Assembly: GCA_963698735.1 (NCBI GenBank)
Contig: CAVOSA010000025.1
Location: 169-64,168, forward strand
Reading direction: 5' to 3'
DNA length: 64,000 nt
From: an uncultured Gammaproteobacteria bacterium
GTDB taxonomy: Bacteria > Pseudomonadota > Gammaproteobacteria > Steroidobacterales > Steroidobacteraceae
The notes beneath the pieces were generated by a model, which was not told the origin of the DNA, ran no database searches, and was given only the letters and a program-made list of their open reading frames with translations. The translations under genes were made by a program, and so were the position numbers. Shown piece after piece: positions 1 to 12,557 of the stretch (position 1 is the stretch's first letter; every line of letters begins with the position of its first letter).

Positions 1-859
1 CGCGCGCATCCCGCAGGAATCCTCGAAGACCCGCGACATCACCGGCGGCCTGCCGCGCGTCGCGGACCTGTTCGAAGCCCGCAAGCCCAAGGACTCCGCG
101 ATCCTCGCCGAGTACTCGGGCACGGTCAGCTTCGGCAAGGAAACCAAGGGCAAGCGCCGCCTGGTGATCCAGGACGAGAACGGCGAGAAGCACGAGGAGC
201 TGATCCCGAAGTGGCGCCACCTCACCGTGTTCGAGGGCGAACACGTCGAGCGCGGCGAGACCATCGCGGACGGCGAGCCGAATCCGCACGACATCCTGCG
301 CCTGCAGGGCGTCGAGCCGCTGGCCAACTACCTCGTGCGCGAGATCCAGGACGTCTACCGCCTGCAGGGCGTGAAGATCAACGACAAGCACATCGAGGTG
401 ATCATTCGCCAGATGCTGCGCAAGATCGAGATCGTCGAGATCGGCGATACCCCGTTCCTGCGCGGCGAGCAGATGGATCGCGCCCGGGTGCTCGACGCCA
501 ACGACAAGGTCACCAGGGAAGGGAAGCTCCCGGCGATCGCCGACCCGATGCTGCTCGGCATCACCAAGGCGTCGCTGGCCACGGAATCCTTCATCTCGGC
601 GGCCTCCTTCCAGGAGACCACCCGCGTCCTCACCGAGGCGGCGGTCCGTGGCATGAAGGACGACCTGCGCGGCCTGAAGGAGAACGTGATCGTCGGCCGG
701 CTGATTCCGGCCGGAACGGGCTCGTTCTACCACCTCACCCGGCGCAAGCGGGCGGAAGGCGAGCGGTCGACCGGCGGTTTCGGCGAAATGGCGACGGGCG
801 GCGCGGCGGCGGACTTCGATTCCGCCACGCCGGACGAGTCCGAGGTGCCCGCTGGCTGA
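1..859 (+). CDS. rpoC: DNA-directed RNA polymerase subunit beta-prime, C-terminal part (5' end outside window)
   Basis: Frame of ORF 164..859 is open back to the window edge. Conserved beta-prime C-terminal segments are present ([45 protein letters not shown]). It lies directly upstream of the str operon. Confidence 0.95.
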   Translation, partial: ARIPQESSKTRDITGGLPRVADLFEARKPKDSAILAEYSGTVSFGKETKGKRRLVIQDENGEKHEELIPKWRHLTVFEGEHVERGETIADGEPNPHDILRLQGVEPLANYLVREIQDVYRLQGVKINDKHIEVIIRQMLRKIEIVEIGDTPFLRGEQMDRARVLDANDKVTREGKLPAIADPMLLGITKASLATESFISAASFQETTRVLTEAAVRGMKDDLRGLKENVIVGRLIPAGTGSFYHLTRRKRAEGERSTGGFGEMATGGAAADFDSATPDESEVPAG

Positions 860-894
860 GCGGGCGCCGGGGCAGGGGTGCTGGCCGGGTCAGG

Positions 895-923
895 TTGACA
901 CGGTAGCCCCCCCTCCCTAAAAT
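895..923 (+). promoter_or_regulatory. candidate sigma70 promoter of the str operon
   Basis: TTGACA (895-900), 17-nt spacer, TAAAAT (918-923), about 150 nt upstream of the rpsL ATG. Confidence 0.6.
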
Positions 924-985
924 TTCGGCCCCTTGTTTGGGATGCTGCCGGCGATCCTCCCGTGCGGCATTCGTCAGATCCATAT

Positions 986-1020
986 CGGGCCGCCGCAGGG
1001 CGGCCCGGTGTTTCTTGCTT
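986..1020 (+). promoter_or_regulatory. GC-rich hairpin with T-rich tail in the rpsL leader (attenuator/terminator-like)
   Basis: CGGGCCGCC-GCAG-GGCGGCCCG forms a perfect 9-bp stem and is followed by GTGTTTCTTGCTT. Confidence 0.4.
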
Positions 1021-1074
1021 GATGTAACGCGGCGGGCGCCACCGGCGGCCGCCAACCTGGAGTCGGTCCGCAAC

Positions 1075-1452
1075 ATGTCAACCGTCAATCAGCTGATCCG
1101 TGCCCCGCGCCGCGAAGACGCGGCCAAGAGCAAGGTTCCCGCCCTCGGCAATTCGCCGCAGAAGCGCGGCGTCTGCACGCGCGTCTACACGACCACGCCG
1201 AAGAAGCCGAACTCGGCCCTGCGCAAGGTCGCCAAGGTGCGCCTCACCAACGGCTACGAGGTGATCAGCTACATCGGCGGCGAAGGCCACAACCTGCAGG
1301 AGCACTCGGTGGTGCTGATCCGCGGCGGCCGCGTCAAGGACCTCCCGGGCGTGCGCTACCACACGGTGCGCGGCACGCTCGACTGCGCCGGCGTCAGCGA
1401 CCGCAAGCAGAGCCGGTCCAAGTACGGCGCCAAGCGCCCGAAGGGCGGCTGA
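1075..1452 (+). CDS. rpsL: 30S ribosomal protein S12
   Basis: Internal ATG at 1075 of ORF 937..1452 gives [14 protein letters not shown]...[13 protein letters not shown]..., 125 aa, a canonical uS12 sequence. GGAG lies 11 nt upstream. Confidence 0.97.
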   Translation: MSTVNQLIRAPRREDAAKSKVPALGNSPQKRGVCTRVYTTTPKKPNSALRKVAKVRLTNGYEVISYIGGEGHNLQEHSVVLIRGGRVKDLPGVRYHTVRGTLDCAGVSDRKQSRSKYGAKRPKGG

Positions 1453-1514
1453 TCTTTACTTCTCCACCTACCCCTAGTCACTGACCATTAGTCGCTAGCG
1501 AAGCGGAAGCCACA

Positions 1515-1994
1515 ATGTCCCGTAGATCCCAAGCCCCCACCCGCACCATCCTGCCGGATCCGAAGTTCAACAGCGTCCTGCTGGCGAAGTTCATGAACAT
1601 GGTCATGGAGCGCGGCAAGAAGTCGGTCGCCGAGCGCATCGTCTACGGTGCCATCGACCGCATGGCCGAGAAGACCGGCCGCCCGGCCGAGCAGACGCTC
1701 GACCTGCTCACGCAGGCGCTCGACAACGTCAAGCCGATGGTCGAGGTGAAGTCCCGCCGGGTCGGCGGCGCCACCTACCAGGTGCCGATCGAAGTCCGCG
1801 CGCAGCGCCGCCAGACCCTCGCCATGCGCTGGGTCATCGACGCCGCGACTGCCCGCAGCGAGAAGTCGATGGCGCAGCGCCTCGCCTCCGAGCTGCTCGA
1901 AGCCTCGGAGAACCGTGGCGCCGCCGTGCGCAAGCGCGAAGACACGCACCGCATGGCCGACGCCAACAAGGCTTTCGCGCATTACCGCTGGTGA
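1515..1994 (+). CDS. rpsG: 30S ribosomal protein S7
   Basis: ORF 1515..1994, [20 protein letters not shown]...[10 protein letters not shown], a canonical uS7. Confidence 0.97.
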   Translation: MSRRSQAPTRTILPDPKFNSVLLAKFMNMVMERGKKSVAERIVYGAIDRMAEKTGRPAEQTLDLLTQALDNVKPMVEVKSRRVGGATYQVPIEVRAQRRQTLAMRWVIDAATARSEKSMAQRLASELLEASENRGAAVRKREDTHRMADANKAFAHYRW

Positions 1995-2038
1995 GGGCCC
2001 TCGCGGCCGCGCCACACGACGACTGAAGGATTTCCACC

Positions 2039-4132
<2,094 letters not shown>

Positions 4133-4294
4133 CCAGGGAGGGGCCAGGAGACAGGGGTCAGGGGTTGGTCGGAAGTCGCCGCTGGCGACGAAGAGACACC
4201 CCGGGCCGTCGTCACCGAACCCCTCTGAACTAACTCCTAACCCCTATCCCCTTTGCGCAGAAAAGTGCGCCGCAGTTTCTAGAGGTATATCGCC

Positions 4295-5485
<1,191 letters not shown>

Positions 5486-5497
5486 AGGTCAAACGCA

Positions 5498-5809
5498 ATG
5501 GCTCGCCAAAATATCCGCATCCGCCTCAAGGCGTTCGACCACCGTCTCATCGACAACTCGGCCCGCGAGATCGTCGAGACTGCGAAGCGCACCGGCGCCA
5601 CGGTCCGTGGCCCGATCCCGCTGCCGGTCAAGATGGAGCGCTTTACGCTGCTGATCTCCCCGCACGCCGACAAGGACGCGCGGGACCAGTACGAGATGCG
5701 CACCCACAAGCGGCTCATGGACATCCTGAACCCGACGGACAAGACGGTAGACGCGCTGATGAAGCTCGAACTGCCGGCCGGCGTGGACGTCCAGATCAAG
5801 CTCAACTGA
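5498..5809 (+). CDS. rpsJ: 30S ribosomal protein S10
   Basis: 103 aa, [19 protein letters not shown]..., starting 12 nt after tuf. Confidence 0.97.
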   Translation: MARQNIRIRLKAFDHRLIDNSAREIVETAKRTGATVRGPIPLPVKMERFTLLISPHADKDARDQYEMRTHKRLMDILNPTDKTVDALMKLELPAGVDVQIKLN

Positions 5810-5900
5810 GGCTGAGCGCACCAGGGGGCAGGGGCCAGTCGATTCGACGCCCCTTCCAGCAGGCGCCAGACGACTGGTCACGGACCCCTCAAAACAGGGG

Positions 5901-5929
5901 TTGCAGAGCTTCCCGGGCCCGCATAGAAT
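5901..5929 (+). promoter_or_regulatory. candidate sigma70 promoter inside the rpsJ-rplC spacer
   Basis: TTGCAG (5901-5906), 17-nt spacer, TAGAAT (5924-5929), about 195 nt upstream of the rplC ATG. Confidence 0.45.
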
Positions 5930-6124
5930 GTGCGGCTCTTCTCGCCGAGGTCAGGCCGGCATTGCCGGTACCGCTCGAGCGGCGCGACTGCCAGATCCGG
6001 CGTGTCGCTCCTCTCAGCAGTTTCCTTCGACGAGCCCGGCACCTGGGTTTTCAGGCGCCAGGAACGAATCGGTTTTCAGCAGCCCAGGCCAATCGCAGCC
6101 TGGGCGGTGTACGAGGACACAGAG

Positions 6125-6843
6125 ATGACGATCGGTCTGATTGGCCGCAAGGCCGGCATGACACGCGTCTTCACGGACGCGGGCGAGTCGATCCCGGTGA
6201 CGGTGATCGTGGCTCTGCCCAACCGCGTCACCCAGGTGAAGGGTGTCGAGGGCGACGGCTATCGCGCCGTCCAGGTCACCTTCGGCAGCCAGGAAGCCGT
6301 CCCGCCTGACGCGCGCGGCCGCCGGCCATTTCGCCAAGGCGAAGGTCGAGCCGGGTGAGTCGCTCGTCGAGTTCCGCCTCGCCGAGGGCGAGGGCGCCGA
6401 ACTCGCCACCGGTTCCGAATTGAAGGTCGACATGTTTGCCAAGGGGCAGATCGTCGACGTCACCGGCACGACCATCGGCAAGGGCTTCGCCGGCACCATC
6501 AAGCGGCACAACTTCGCTGGCGGCCCGGCCTCGCACGGCGCGTCGTTGTTCCACCGCACGCCCGGCTCGATCGGCCAGCGCCAGACCCCGGGACGCGTGT
6601 TCCAGGGCAAGCGCATGTCCGGCCACATGGGCAACGTGCGCCAGCACCATCGAGAAGCTGCAGGTCGTCGAAGTCGACTCCGTACGCAACGTGCTCCTGA
6701 TCCGCGGCGCCGTTCCGGGCTCGCCGGGCGGTGAAGTGATCGTGCGTCCGTCGGTGAAGGCTGCGCGCCTCGCGAAGCGCAAGACGCTGGCGCCGAAGCA
6801 GGCCGGCCGCCAAGACGAAGAAGTAACCCGCCCGGGAAACTGA
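6125..6843 (+). CDS. rplC: 50S ribosomal protein L3, reading frame broken at about 6293 and 6645 as sequenced (3' end uncertain)
   Basis: uL3 sequence is spread over three frames. [18 protein letters not shown]...VQVTFGSQ is in ORF 5930..6358. [21 protein letters not shown]...[18 protein letters not shown] is in ORF 6243..6734. [25 protein letters not shown]...VRPSVKA is in ORF 6436..6843. Confidence 0.9.
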
Positions 6844-6844
6844 A

Positions 6845-7458
6845 ATGGCAACCCAACTCAAGCTCCAGCAGGGCGGCAACAGCATCGAAGTGTCTGAAAA
6901 GGCCTTCGGCCGCGAATTCAACGAAGCTCTCGTCCATCAGGTCGTGACTGCCTACATGGCAGCGCGGCCGCGCCGGCACGAAGCGCCAGAAGAGCAAGGC
7001 GGAAGTCCGCGGCGGCGGCATCAAGCCGTGGAAGCAGAAGGGCGGCGGTCGCGCCCGCGCCGGCTCGATCCGCAGCCCGATCTGGGTCGGCGGCGGCCGC
7101 GCGTTCGCTGCGCGTCCGCGCGACTTCTCGCAGAAGGTCAACCGCAAGATGTACCGCGGCGCCATTGCGGCGCTGCTGTCCGAGCTGGCCCGCCTCGAGC
7201 GCCTGACGGTCGTCGAGTCGTTCGCGCTCGAAGCGCCGAAGACCAGGATGCTCGCCGCGAAGCTCAAGGAACTGGGCCTCTGCGACGTGCTGATCGTCGT
7301 CGAGGCGTACGACGAGAAGCTCGAGCTCGCCTCGCGCAACCTGCTCGGCGTCACGGTCCTGCCGGTGTACGGCAGTCGACCCGGTGAGCCTGGTCCGCCA
7401 CGAGCGCGTGCTCGCGACGGTCGGCGCGGTCCGCATGCTCGAGGAGAAGCTGGCATGA
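6845..7458 (+). CDS. rplD: 50S ribosomal protein L4, reading frame broken at about 6965 and 7373 as sequenced
   Basis: MATQLKLQQ...[16 protein letters not shown] is in frame 2. [40 protein letters not shown]...[11 protein letters not shown] is in frame 0. [27 protein letters not shown]-stop (TGA 7456-7458) is in frame 1. Removing 2 bases gives 203 aa. Confidence 0.9.
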
Positions 7459-7758
7459 GCAGCAAAGAGCGTTTGATGCAGGTGCTGGTTGCGCCGCACG
7501 TCTCCGAAAAGAGCCGCGCGCGCCTCCGAGCAGGGCAACCAGATGGTGTTCCGCGTCGCGCGCGACGCCACGAAGCCCGAGATCAAGGCGGCCGTCGAAC
7601 TGATGTTCGAAGTCAAGGTCGACGCCGTGCAGGTCGTGAACGTGATGGGCAAGGCGAAGCGCTTCGGCGGTCGTCCGGGCAAGCGTTCGGACTGGAAGAA
7701 GGCCTACGTGAAGCTCGCGCAGGGCCAGACGATCGATTTCGCCGGCGCCGAAAAGTAA
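7455..7758 (+). CDS. rplW: 50S ribosomal protein L23, reading frame broken at about 7512 as sequenced
   Basis: ATG 7455 overlaps the rplD stop as [23 protein letters not shown] is in frame 0, and [36 protein letters not shown]...DWKKAYV is in frame 1 (ORF 7489..7758). Confidence 0.88.
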
Positions 7759-7789
7759 CGGCACCGGCAAAGAAGACGGAAGCTAACCA

Positions 7790-8614
7790 ATGGCTCTCAT
7801 CAAGACCAAACCGACGTCGCCGGGTCGCCGCTTCGTCGTGAAGGCTGACCGCTCGCACCTGCACAAGGGCGAGCCGGTGCACGCGCTCACGGCAGCGAAG
7901 AAGCGCACGGGCGCCCGCAACAACATGGGCCGGCAGACCACGCGCCACAAGGGCGGCGGTCATGCCCGGCGCTATCGCGTCGTCGACTTCCTGCGCAACA
8001 AGGACGGCGTGCCGGGCAAGGTCGAGCACCTCGAGTACGACCCGAACCGCAACGCGCACCTGGCCCTCGTGCTCTACGCCGACGGCGAGCGCCGCTACAT
8101 CCTCGCCCCGAAGGGCGTGGGTGCGGGCGATGCGATCGTCTCGGGCGTCGATGCCCCGATCAAGTCGGGCAACGCGCTGCCGCTGCGCAACATCCCGATC
8201 GGCTCGCTCGTGCACAACGTCGAGCTGAAGCCCGGCCGTGGTGGCCAGCTCGGCCGCAGCGCCGGCGCCTCGGTGCAGCTGGTCGCGCGCGAAGGCCTCT
8301 ACGCGACGATCCGCCTGCGCTCGACCGAGATGCGCAAGGTGCACGTCGACTGCCGCGCCACGATCGGCGAAGTCGGCAACGAAGAGAACAACCTGATCGT
8401 CTACGGCAAGGCCGGCGCGAAGCGCTGGCGCGGCATCCGTCCGACGGTCCGCGGCGTGGTCATGAACCCCGTCGACCATCCGCACGGCGGCGGTGAGGGC
8501 AAGTCCGGCCAGGGCAACCCGCACCCGGTTTCGCCGTGGGGCTGGAAGACGAAGGGCAAGAAGACCCGCACCAACAAGCGCACGTCCGGACTCATCATCC
8601 GGCGCCGTAACTGA
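7790..8614 (+). CDS. rplB: 50S ribosomal protein L2
   Basis: 274 aa, intact, with ...[15 protein letters not shown].... Confidence 0.97.
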   Translation: MALIKTKPTSPGRRFVVKADRSHLHKGEPVHALTAAKKRTGARNNMGRQTTRHKGGGHARRYRVVDFLRNKDGVPGKVEHLEYDPNRNAHLALVLYADGERRYILAPKGVGAGDAIVSGVDAPIKSGNALPLRNIPIGSLVHNVELKPGRGGQLGRSAGASVQLVAREGLYATIRLRSTEMRKVHVDCRATIGEVGNEENNLIVYGKAGAKRWRGIRPTVRGVVMNPVDHPHGGGEGKSGQGNPHPVSPWGWKTKGKKTRTNKRTSGLIIRRRN

Positions 8615-8632
8615 GCCTGAGAGGAGCTGCCA

Positions 8633-8911
8633 GTGCCCCGTTCAGTCAAGAAAGGCCCGTTCATCGACGCCCACCTCGCCAAGAAGGTGGCGGTCGCGTC
8701 GGAAAAGAACGACCGCCGTCCGATCAAGACGTGGTCGCGCCGCTCCATGGTCCTGCCGGACATGGTCGGCCTGACGATCGCCGTCCACAACGGCAAGCAG
8801 CACATCCCCGTGCTGGTCTCCGAGAACATGGTCGGCCACAAGCTGGGCGAGTTCGCCCCGACGCGCACCTTCAGGGGGCACTCGGGCGACAGAAAGGCGT
8901 CCTCGGAGTAA
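8633..8911 (+). CDS. rpsS: 30S ribosomal protein S19
   Basis: 92 aa with a GTG start, [12 protein letters not shown].... Confidence 0.96.
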   Translation: MPRSVKKGPFIDAHLAKKVAVASEKNDRRPIKTWSRRSMVLPDMVGLTIAVHNGKQHIPVLVSENMVGHKLGEFAPTRTFRGHSGDRKASSE

Positions 8912-8914
8912 GCC

Positions 8915-9256
8915 ATGCAAGTCGCAGCAAAACTCAAGTACGCGCGCATCTCGCCGCAGAAGTGCCGCCTGGTCGCCGACATGGTCCGCGGCAAGCCCGT
9001 GGGCCAGGCGCTCTCGACGTTGCGCTTCACGCCGAAGAAGGGCGCCGAACTGGTCCGCAAGGTGCTGGAGTCGGCGATCGCCAACGCCGAGAACAACCAC
9101 AACGCGGACATCGACGCGCTGAAGGTCGACCTCATCTACATCGACGAGGCTCCGACCCTGAAGCGGTTCCACGCGCGCGCCAAGGGCCGCGGCAACCGCA
9201 TCGTCAAGCGCAACAGCCACATCACGATCCTCGTCGGCGACGGCCGCAAGGACTGA
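8915..9256 (+). CDS. rplV: 50S ribosomal protein L22
   Basis: 113 aa, ...[16 protein letters not shown].... Confidence 0.95.
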   Translation: MQVAAKLKYARISPQKCRLVADMVRGKPVGQALSTLRFTPKKGAELVRKVLESAIANAENNHNADIDALKVDLIYIDEAPTLKRFHARAKGRGNRIVKRNSHITILVGDGRKD

Positions 9257-9270
9257 GGGAGCCAGAGCTC

Positions 9271-10001
9271 ATGGGTCAGAAGGTCAATCCGATCGGCATT
9301 CGTCTCGGCATCACGCGCGACTGGACGTCGAAGTGGTACGCGAACAAGCGCACGTTCCCGATCTACATCCTGCAGGACTGGCAGGTCCGCGAGTTCCTGA
9401 AGAAGAAGCTGTCGGAAGCCTCGGTGAGCCGCATTCACATCGAACGCGCCGCGCGCAAGGCCAACATCACGATCCACACGGCCCGTCCGGGCGTGGTGAT
9501 CGGCAAGAAGGGCGAGGACATCGAGCGCCTGCGCCAGGAAGTCGCGAAGCTGATGAAGATGGGCTTCAACGACGTCCGCCTCAACATCGCCGAGATCCGC
9601 AAGCCGGAACTCGACGCGCAGCTCGTGGCCGAGGGCATTGCCCAGCAGGTCGAGCGTCGCGTGATGTTCCGCCGCGCCATGAAGCGCGCGGTGATGAACA
9701 CGATGCGCAGCGGTGCGCTCGGCGTGAAGGTGCGCCTGTCGGGCCGCCTGAACGGTTCGGAAATCGCGCGCACGGAGTGGACCCGCGAGGGCCGCATCCC
9801 GCTGCACACGTTCCGTGCCGACATCGACTACGGCACGGCCGAAGCCCGCACGACGTACGGCGTCATCGGCGTGAAGGTCTGGATTTTCAAGGGCGAAGTT
9901 TTCGACCAGCCGGTGCCGATGGGCGCCGAGCGTCGAGGCGACCCCAGCCGCGGAGCAGACGGCCTGAGGCCCCGAGCCTTGACGTGCGACGGACGGAGTG
10001 A
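9271..10001 (+). CDS. rpsC: 30S ribosomal protein S3, 3' end out of frame as sequenced (shift at about 9925, probably a second at about 9965)
   Basis: [24 protein letters not shown]...[13 protein letters not shown] lies in the frame of ORF 8731..10422, which has no stop before rplP. Plausible S3 tails end at TGA 9965-9967 (frame 2) or TGA 9999-10001 (frame 0). Confidence 0.85.
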
Positions 10002-10008
10002 CAACGCC

Positions 10009-10422
10009 ATGATGCAACCCAAGCGAACCAAGTATCGCAAGCAGTTCAAGGGCCGCAACGCGGGCCTCGCCCATCGCGGGTCGAGCGTCTCGTTCGGCGA
10101 CTTCGGGCTGAAGGCGACGAGCCGCGCCCGCATGACTGCGCGCGAGATCGAAGCCGCCCGTCGCGCGATGACGCGCTACGTGAAGCGCGGCGGCCAGGTG
10201 TGGATCCGGGTGTTCCCGGACGTGCCGGTCAGCAAGAAGCCCCTCGAAGTCCGCATGGGCTCCGGCAAGGGCAACGTCGAGTACTACGTCGCGCGCGTGC
10301 AGCCCGGCAAGGTGCTCTTCGAGATGGAAGGCGTGACCGAAGAGATCGCGCGCGAGGCGTTCCGCCTTGCCGCCAGCAAGCTCTCGGTCGAGACGATGTT
10401 CGTCAAGCGACAGGTGCGCTGA
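10009..10422 (+). CDS. rplP: 50S ribosomal protein L16
   Basis: [21 protein letters not shown]...[15 protein letters not shown]..., with GGAG 8 nt upstream. It is the 3' part of the fused 563-aa ORF. Confidence 0.95.
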   Translation: MMQPKRTKYRKQFKGRNAGLAHRGSSVSFGDFGLKATSRARMTAREIEAARRAMTRYVKRGGQVWIRVFPDVPVSKKPLEVRMGSGKGNVEYYVARVQPGKVLFEMEGVTEEIAREAFRLAASKLSVETMFVKRQVR

Positions 10423-10625
10423 TGAAGGCGAAAGAACTTCGGGTCAAGGGCTCCGCGGAATTGCGCGAGGAACTCCTCAAGCTGCGTCGCGAGCAGTTCA
10501 ACCTGCGCATGGCGCAGGCGTCCGGTCAGGCTGCGAAGCCGGACCAGGCCGGCAAGGTGCGCCGCAACATCGCGCGCGTGAAGACGGTGCAGGGCGAACA
10601 GTCCCGCGCCAACAGGAGCAAGTGA
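10422..10625 (+). CDS. rpmC: 50S ribosomal protein L29
   Basis: [36 protein letters not shown].... Its ATG overlaps the rplP TGA. Confidence 0.93.
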   Translation: MKAKELRVKGSAELREELLKLRREQFNLRMAQASGQAAKPDQAGKVRRNIARVKTVQGEQSRANRSK

Positions 10626-10921
10626 TGAGCGAGCAGCAGCAGGCCCAGCCCCAGGCGGCGAGCGAAGCCGGTGCCCAGCACACGCTGACGGGCACGGTCG
10701 TCAGCACCAAGATGACCAAGACCATCGCGGTCACGGTCGAGCGCCTCGTCAAGCACGGGCGTTACAGCAAGTTCATCCGCCGCACCACCAAGCTCCTCGC
10801 GCACGACGAGAACTCGGAGTGCAAGGAAGGCGACGTCGTCGACATCGCCGAATGCCGCCGCCTCTCGGCCCGCAAGGCCTGGAAGGTCGTGCGCGTCGTC
10901 AAGCGCGCCGGCGCCGTCTGA
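10625..10921 (+). CDS. rpsQ: 30S ribosomal protein S17
   Basis: ...[42 protein letters not shown].... Its ATG overlaps the rpmC TGA. It has a Gln/Ala-rich N-terminal extension of about 15 aa. Confidence 0.93.
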   Translation: MSEQQQAQPQAASEAGAQHTLTGTVVSTKMTKTIAVTVERLVKHGRYSKFIRRTTKLLAHDENSECKEGDVVDIAECRRLSARKAWKVVRVVKRAGAV

Positions 10922-10944
10922 GCTGAAGCAGAAGGACTACTGAA

Positions 10945-11313
10945 ATGATCCAGATGCGGACAATGCTCGCGGCCGCCGACAACAGCGGCGCCAAGCGGCT
11001 CATGTGCATCAAGGTGCTCGGCGGCTCGAAGCGCCGCTATGCCACCGTGGGCGACGTGATCAAGGTGAGCGTCAAGGACGCCATCCCGCGCGGCAAGGTC
11101 AAGAAGGGCGAGGTCTACGACGCCGTGGTGGTCCGCACCGCGTTCGGCGTGCGCCGCCCGGATGGTTCGCTGATCCGCTTCGACGGCAACGCCGCCGTGC
11201 TGCTCACGAACAAGCTCGAGCCGATCGGCACCCGTATTTTCGGACCGGTCACACGCGAACTGCGCACGACGCAGTTCATGAAGATCATCTCGCTCGCGCC
11301 CGAAGTGCTGTAA
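10945..11313 (+). CDS. rplN: 50S ribosomal protein L14
   Basis: 122 aa, [27 protein letters not shown].... Confidence 0.97.
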   Translation: MIQMRTMLAAADNSGAKRLMCIKVLGGSKRRYATVGDVIKVSVKDAIPRGKVKKGEVYDAVVVRTAFGVRRPDGSLIRFDGNAAVLLTNKLEPIGTRIFGPVTRELRTTQFMKIISLAPEVL

Positions 11314-11346
11314 GCACGGCGCGCGCAAGGTTCGAGGACAAAGGGT

Positions 11347-11661
11347 ATGAACAAGATCCGCAAGGGCGACGAAGTCGTCGTCATTACCGGCCGCGACAAG
11401 GGCCGGCGCGGCACCGTCATCCGCGTGCTGGGTGAGAAGGTGCTGGTCGAGAACGTGAACATGGTCAAGCGCCATACGCGTCCCAATCCGCAGAAGGGCA
11501 CGCAGGGCGGCATCGTCGAGAAGGAGGCCTACCTCCACCTCTCGAACGTGCAGCTCTGGAACCCGGTTGCGAAGAAGGGTGACCGCGTGGGCATCCGCAC
11601 GCTCGCCGACGGACGTCGGGTGCGTTTCTTCAAGTCCAACGACGAAGTCGTGGACGCCTGA
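11347..11661 (+). CDS. rplX: 50S ribosomal protein L24
   Basis: 104 aa, [19 protein letters not shown].... Confidence 0.96.
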   Translation: MNKIRKGDEVVVITGRDKGRRGTVIRVLGEKVLVENVNMVKRHTRPNPQKGTQGGIVEKEAYLHLSNVQLWNPVAKKGDRVGIRTLADGRRVRFFKSNDEVVDA

Positions 11662-11677
11662 ATCGAGGTCGGATGAG

Positions 11678-12218
11678 ATGGCAAGGCTGCAAAAAATCTA
11701 CCGGGACGAGATCGTCGCCAAGCTCATGACGAGCCTCGGCGGTGACGAATCCCATGCAGGTGCCGAAGATCACCAAGATCTCGGTGAACATGGGCGTGGG
11801 CGAAGCCGTTGCCGACAAGAAGGCAATGGACGGCGCCGTGAACGACCTGACGGCGCTCACCGGCCAGAAGCCGGTCGTGACGAAGTCGCGCAAGGCGATC
11901 GCGGCGTTCAAGCTGCGCGCGGGCGTGCCGGTCGGCGCGCGCGTGACGCTGCGCGGCGCCCGCATGTACGAGTTCCTCGACCGCCTGATCAACGTGGCGA
12001 TGCCGCGCATCCGCGACTTCCGCGGCGTGTCGGCCCGCTCGTTCGACGGCCGTGGCAACTACACGTTCGGCGTCAAGGAACAGATCATCTTCCCGGAAAT
12101 CGCCTACGACCAGGTCGACGCGATCCGCGGGATGGACATCACGATTACGACGACGGCACGCGACGACCGGGAAGGCCGGGCGTTGCTCGAATCCTTCAAC
12201 TTCCCGTTCCGCAAGTAG
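11678..12218 (+). CDS. rplE: 50S ribosomal protein L5, reading frame broken at about 11741 as sequenced
   Basis: [21 protein letters not shown] is in frame 2. [22 protein letters not shown]...[14 protein letters not shown] is in frame 0 (ORF 11742..12218). Removing 1 base gives 179 aa. Confidence 0.9.
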
Positions 12219-12228
12219 GACAGGAAAC

Positions 12229-12536
12229 ATGGCGAAGACCAGCATGATCATGCGCGAGAAGCGCCGCGAGAAGCTCGTGAAGCAGCACGCTGCCAAGCGG
12301 GCCCAGCTCAAGGAAGCTCATCCGCAACCCGAAGTCCACGGATGCCGAGCGGGAAGAGGCGCAGCGCAAGCTGCATGCCATGCCGCGCGACTCCGGCCGC
12401 CTCGCGGGTGCGCAACCGCTGCGCGATCACCGGCCGCTCCCGCGGCGTCTACCGTAAGTTCGGCCTCGGGCGACAGAAGCTGCGCGAAGCCACGATGCGC
12501 GGTGACATCCCGGGCCTCGGCAAGGCCAGCTGGTAA
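12229..12536 (+). CDS. rpsN: 30S ribosomal protein S14, reading frame broken at about 12316 and 12395 as sequenced
   Basis: [29 protein letters not shown] is in frame 1. [26 protein letters not shown] is in frame 2. [46 protein letters not shown] is in frame 0. Removing 2 bases gives 101 aa. Confidence 0.9.
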
Positions 12537-12557
12537 GCCGGGTACTGGAGTAACAGC

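Noticed and set aside
5930-6124. N-terminal 65-aa extension of rplC suggested by ORF 5930..6358.
   Set aside because: uL3 homology starts exactly at [14 protein letters not shown] (ATG 6125). The upstream part is Arg/Ser-rich read-through of the structured leader.
8731-10422. A natural S3-L16 fusion protein. By analogy, natural SecY-L36 (15126..16613) and S13-S11 (16692..17510) fusions.
   Set aside because: In each case the linker is non-homologous Arg/Pro-rich read-through sequence. The proper C-terminus of the upstream protein is present one frame away with its own stop. The downstream gene keeps its own start and RBS. The fusions are best explained by single-base frame errors.
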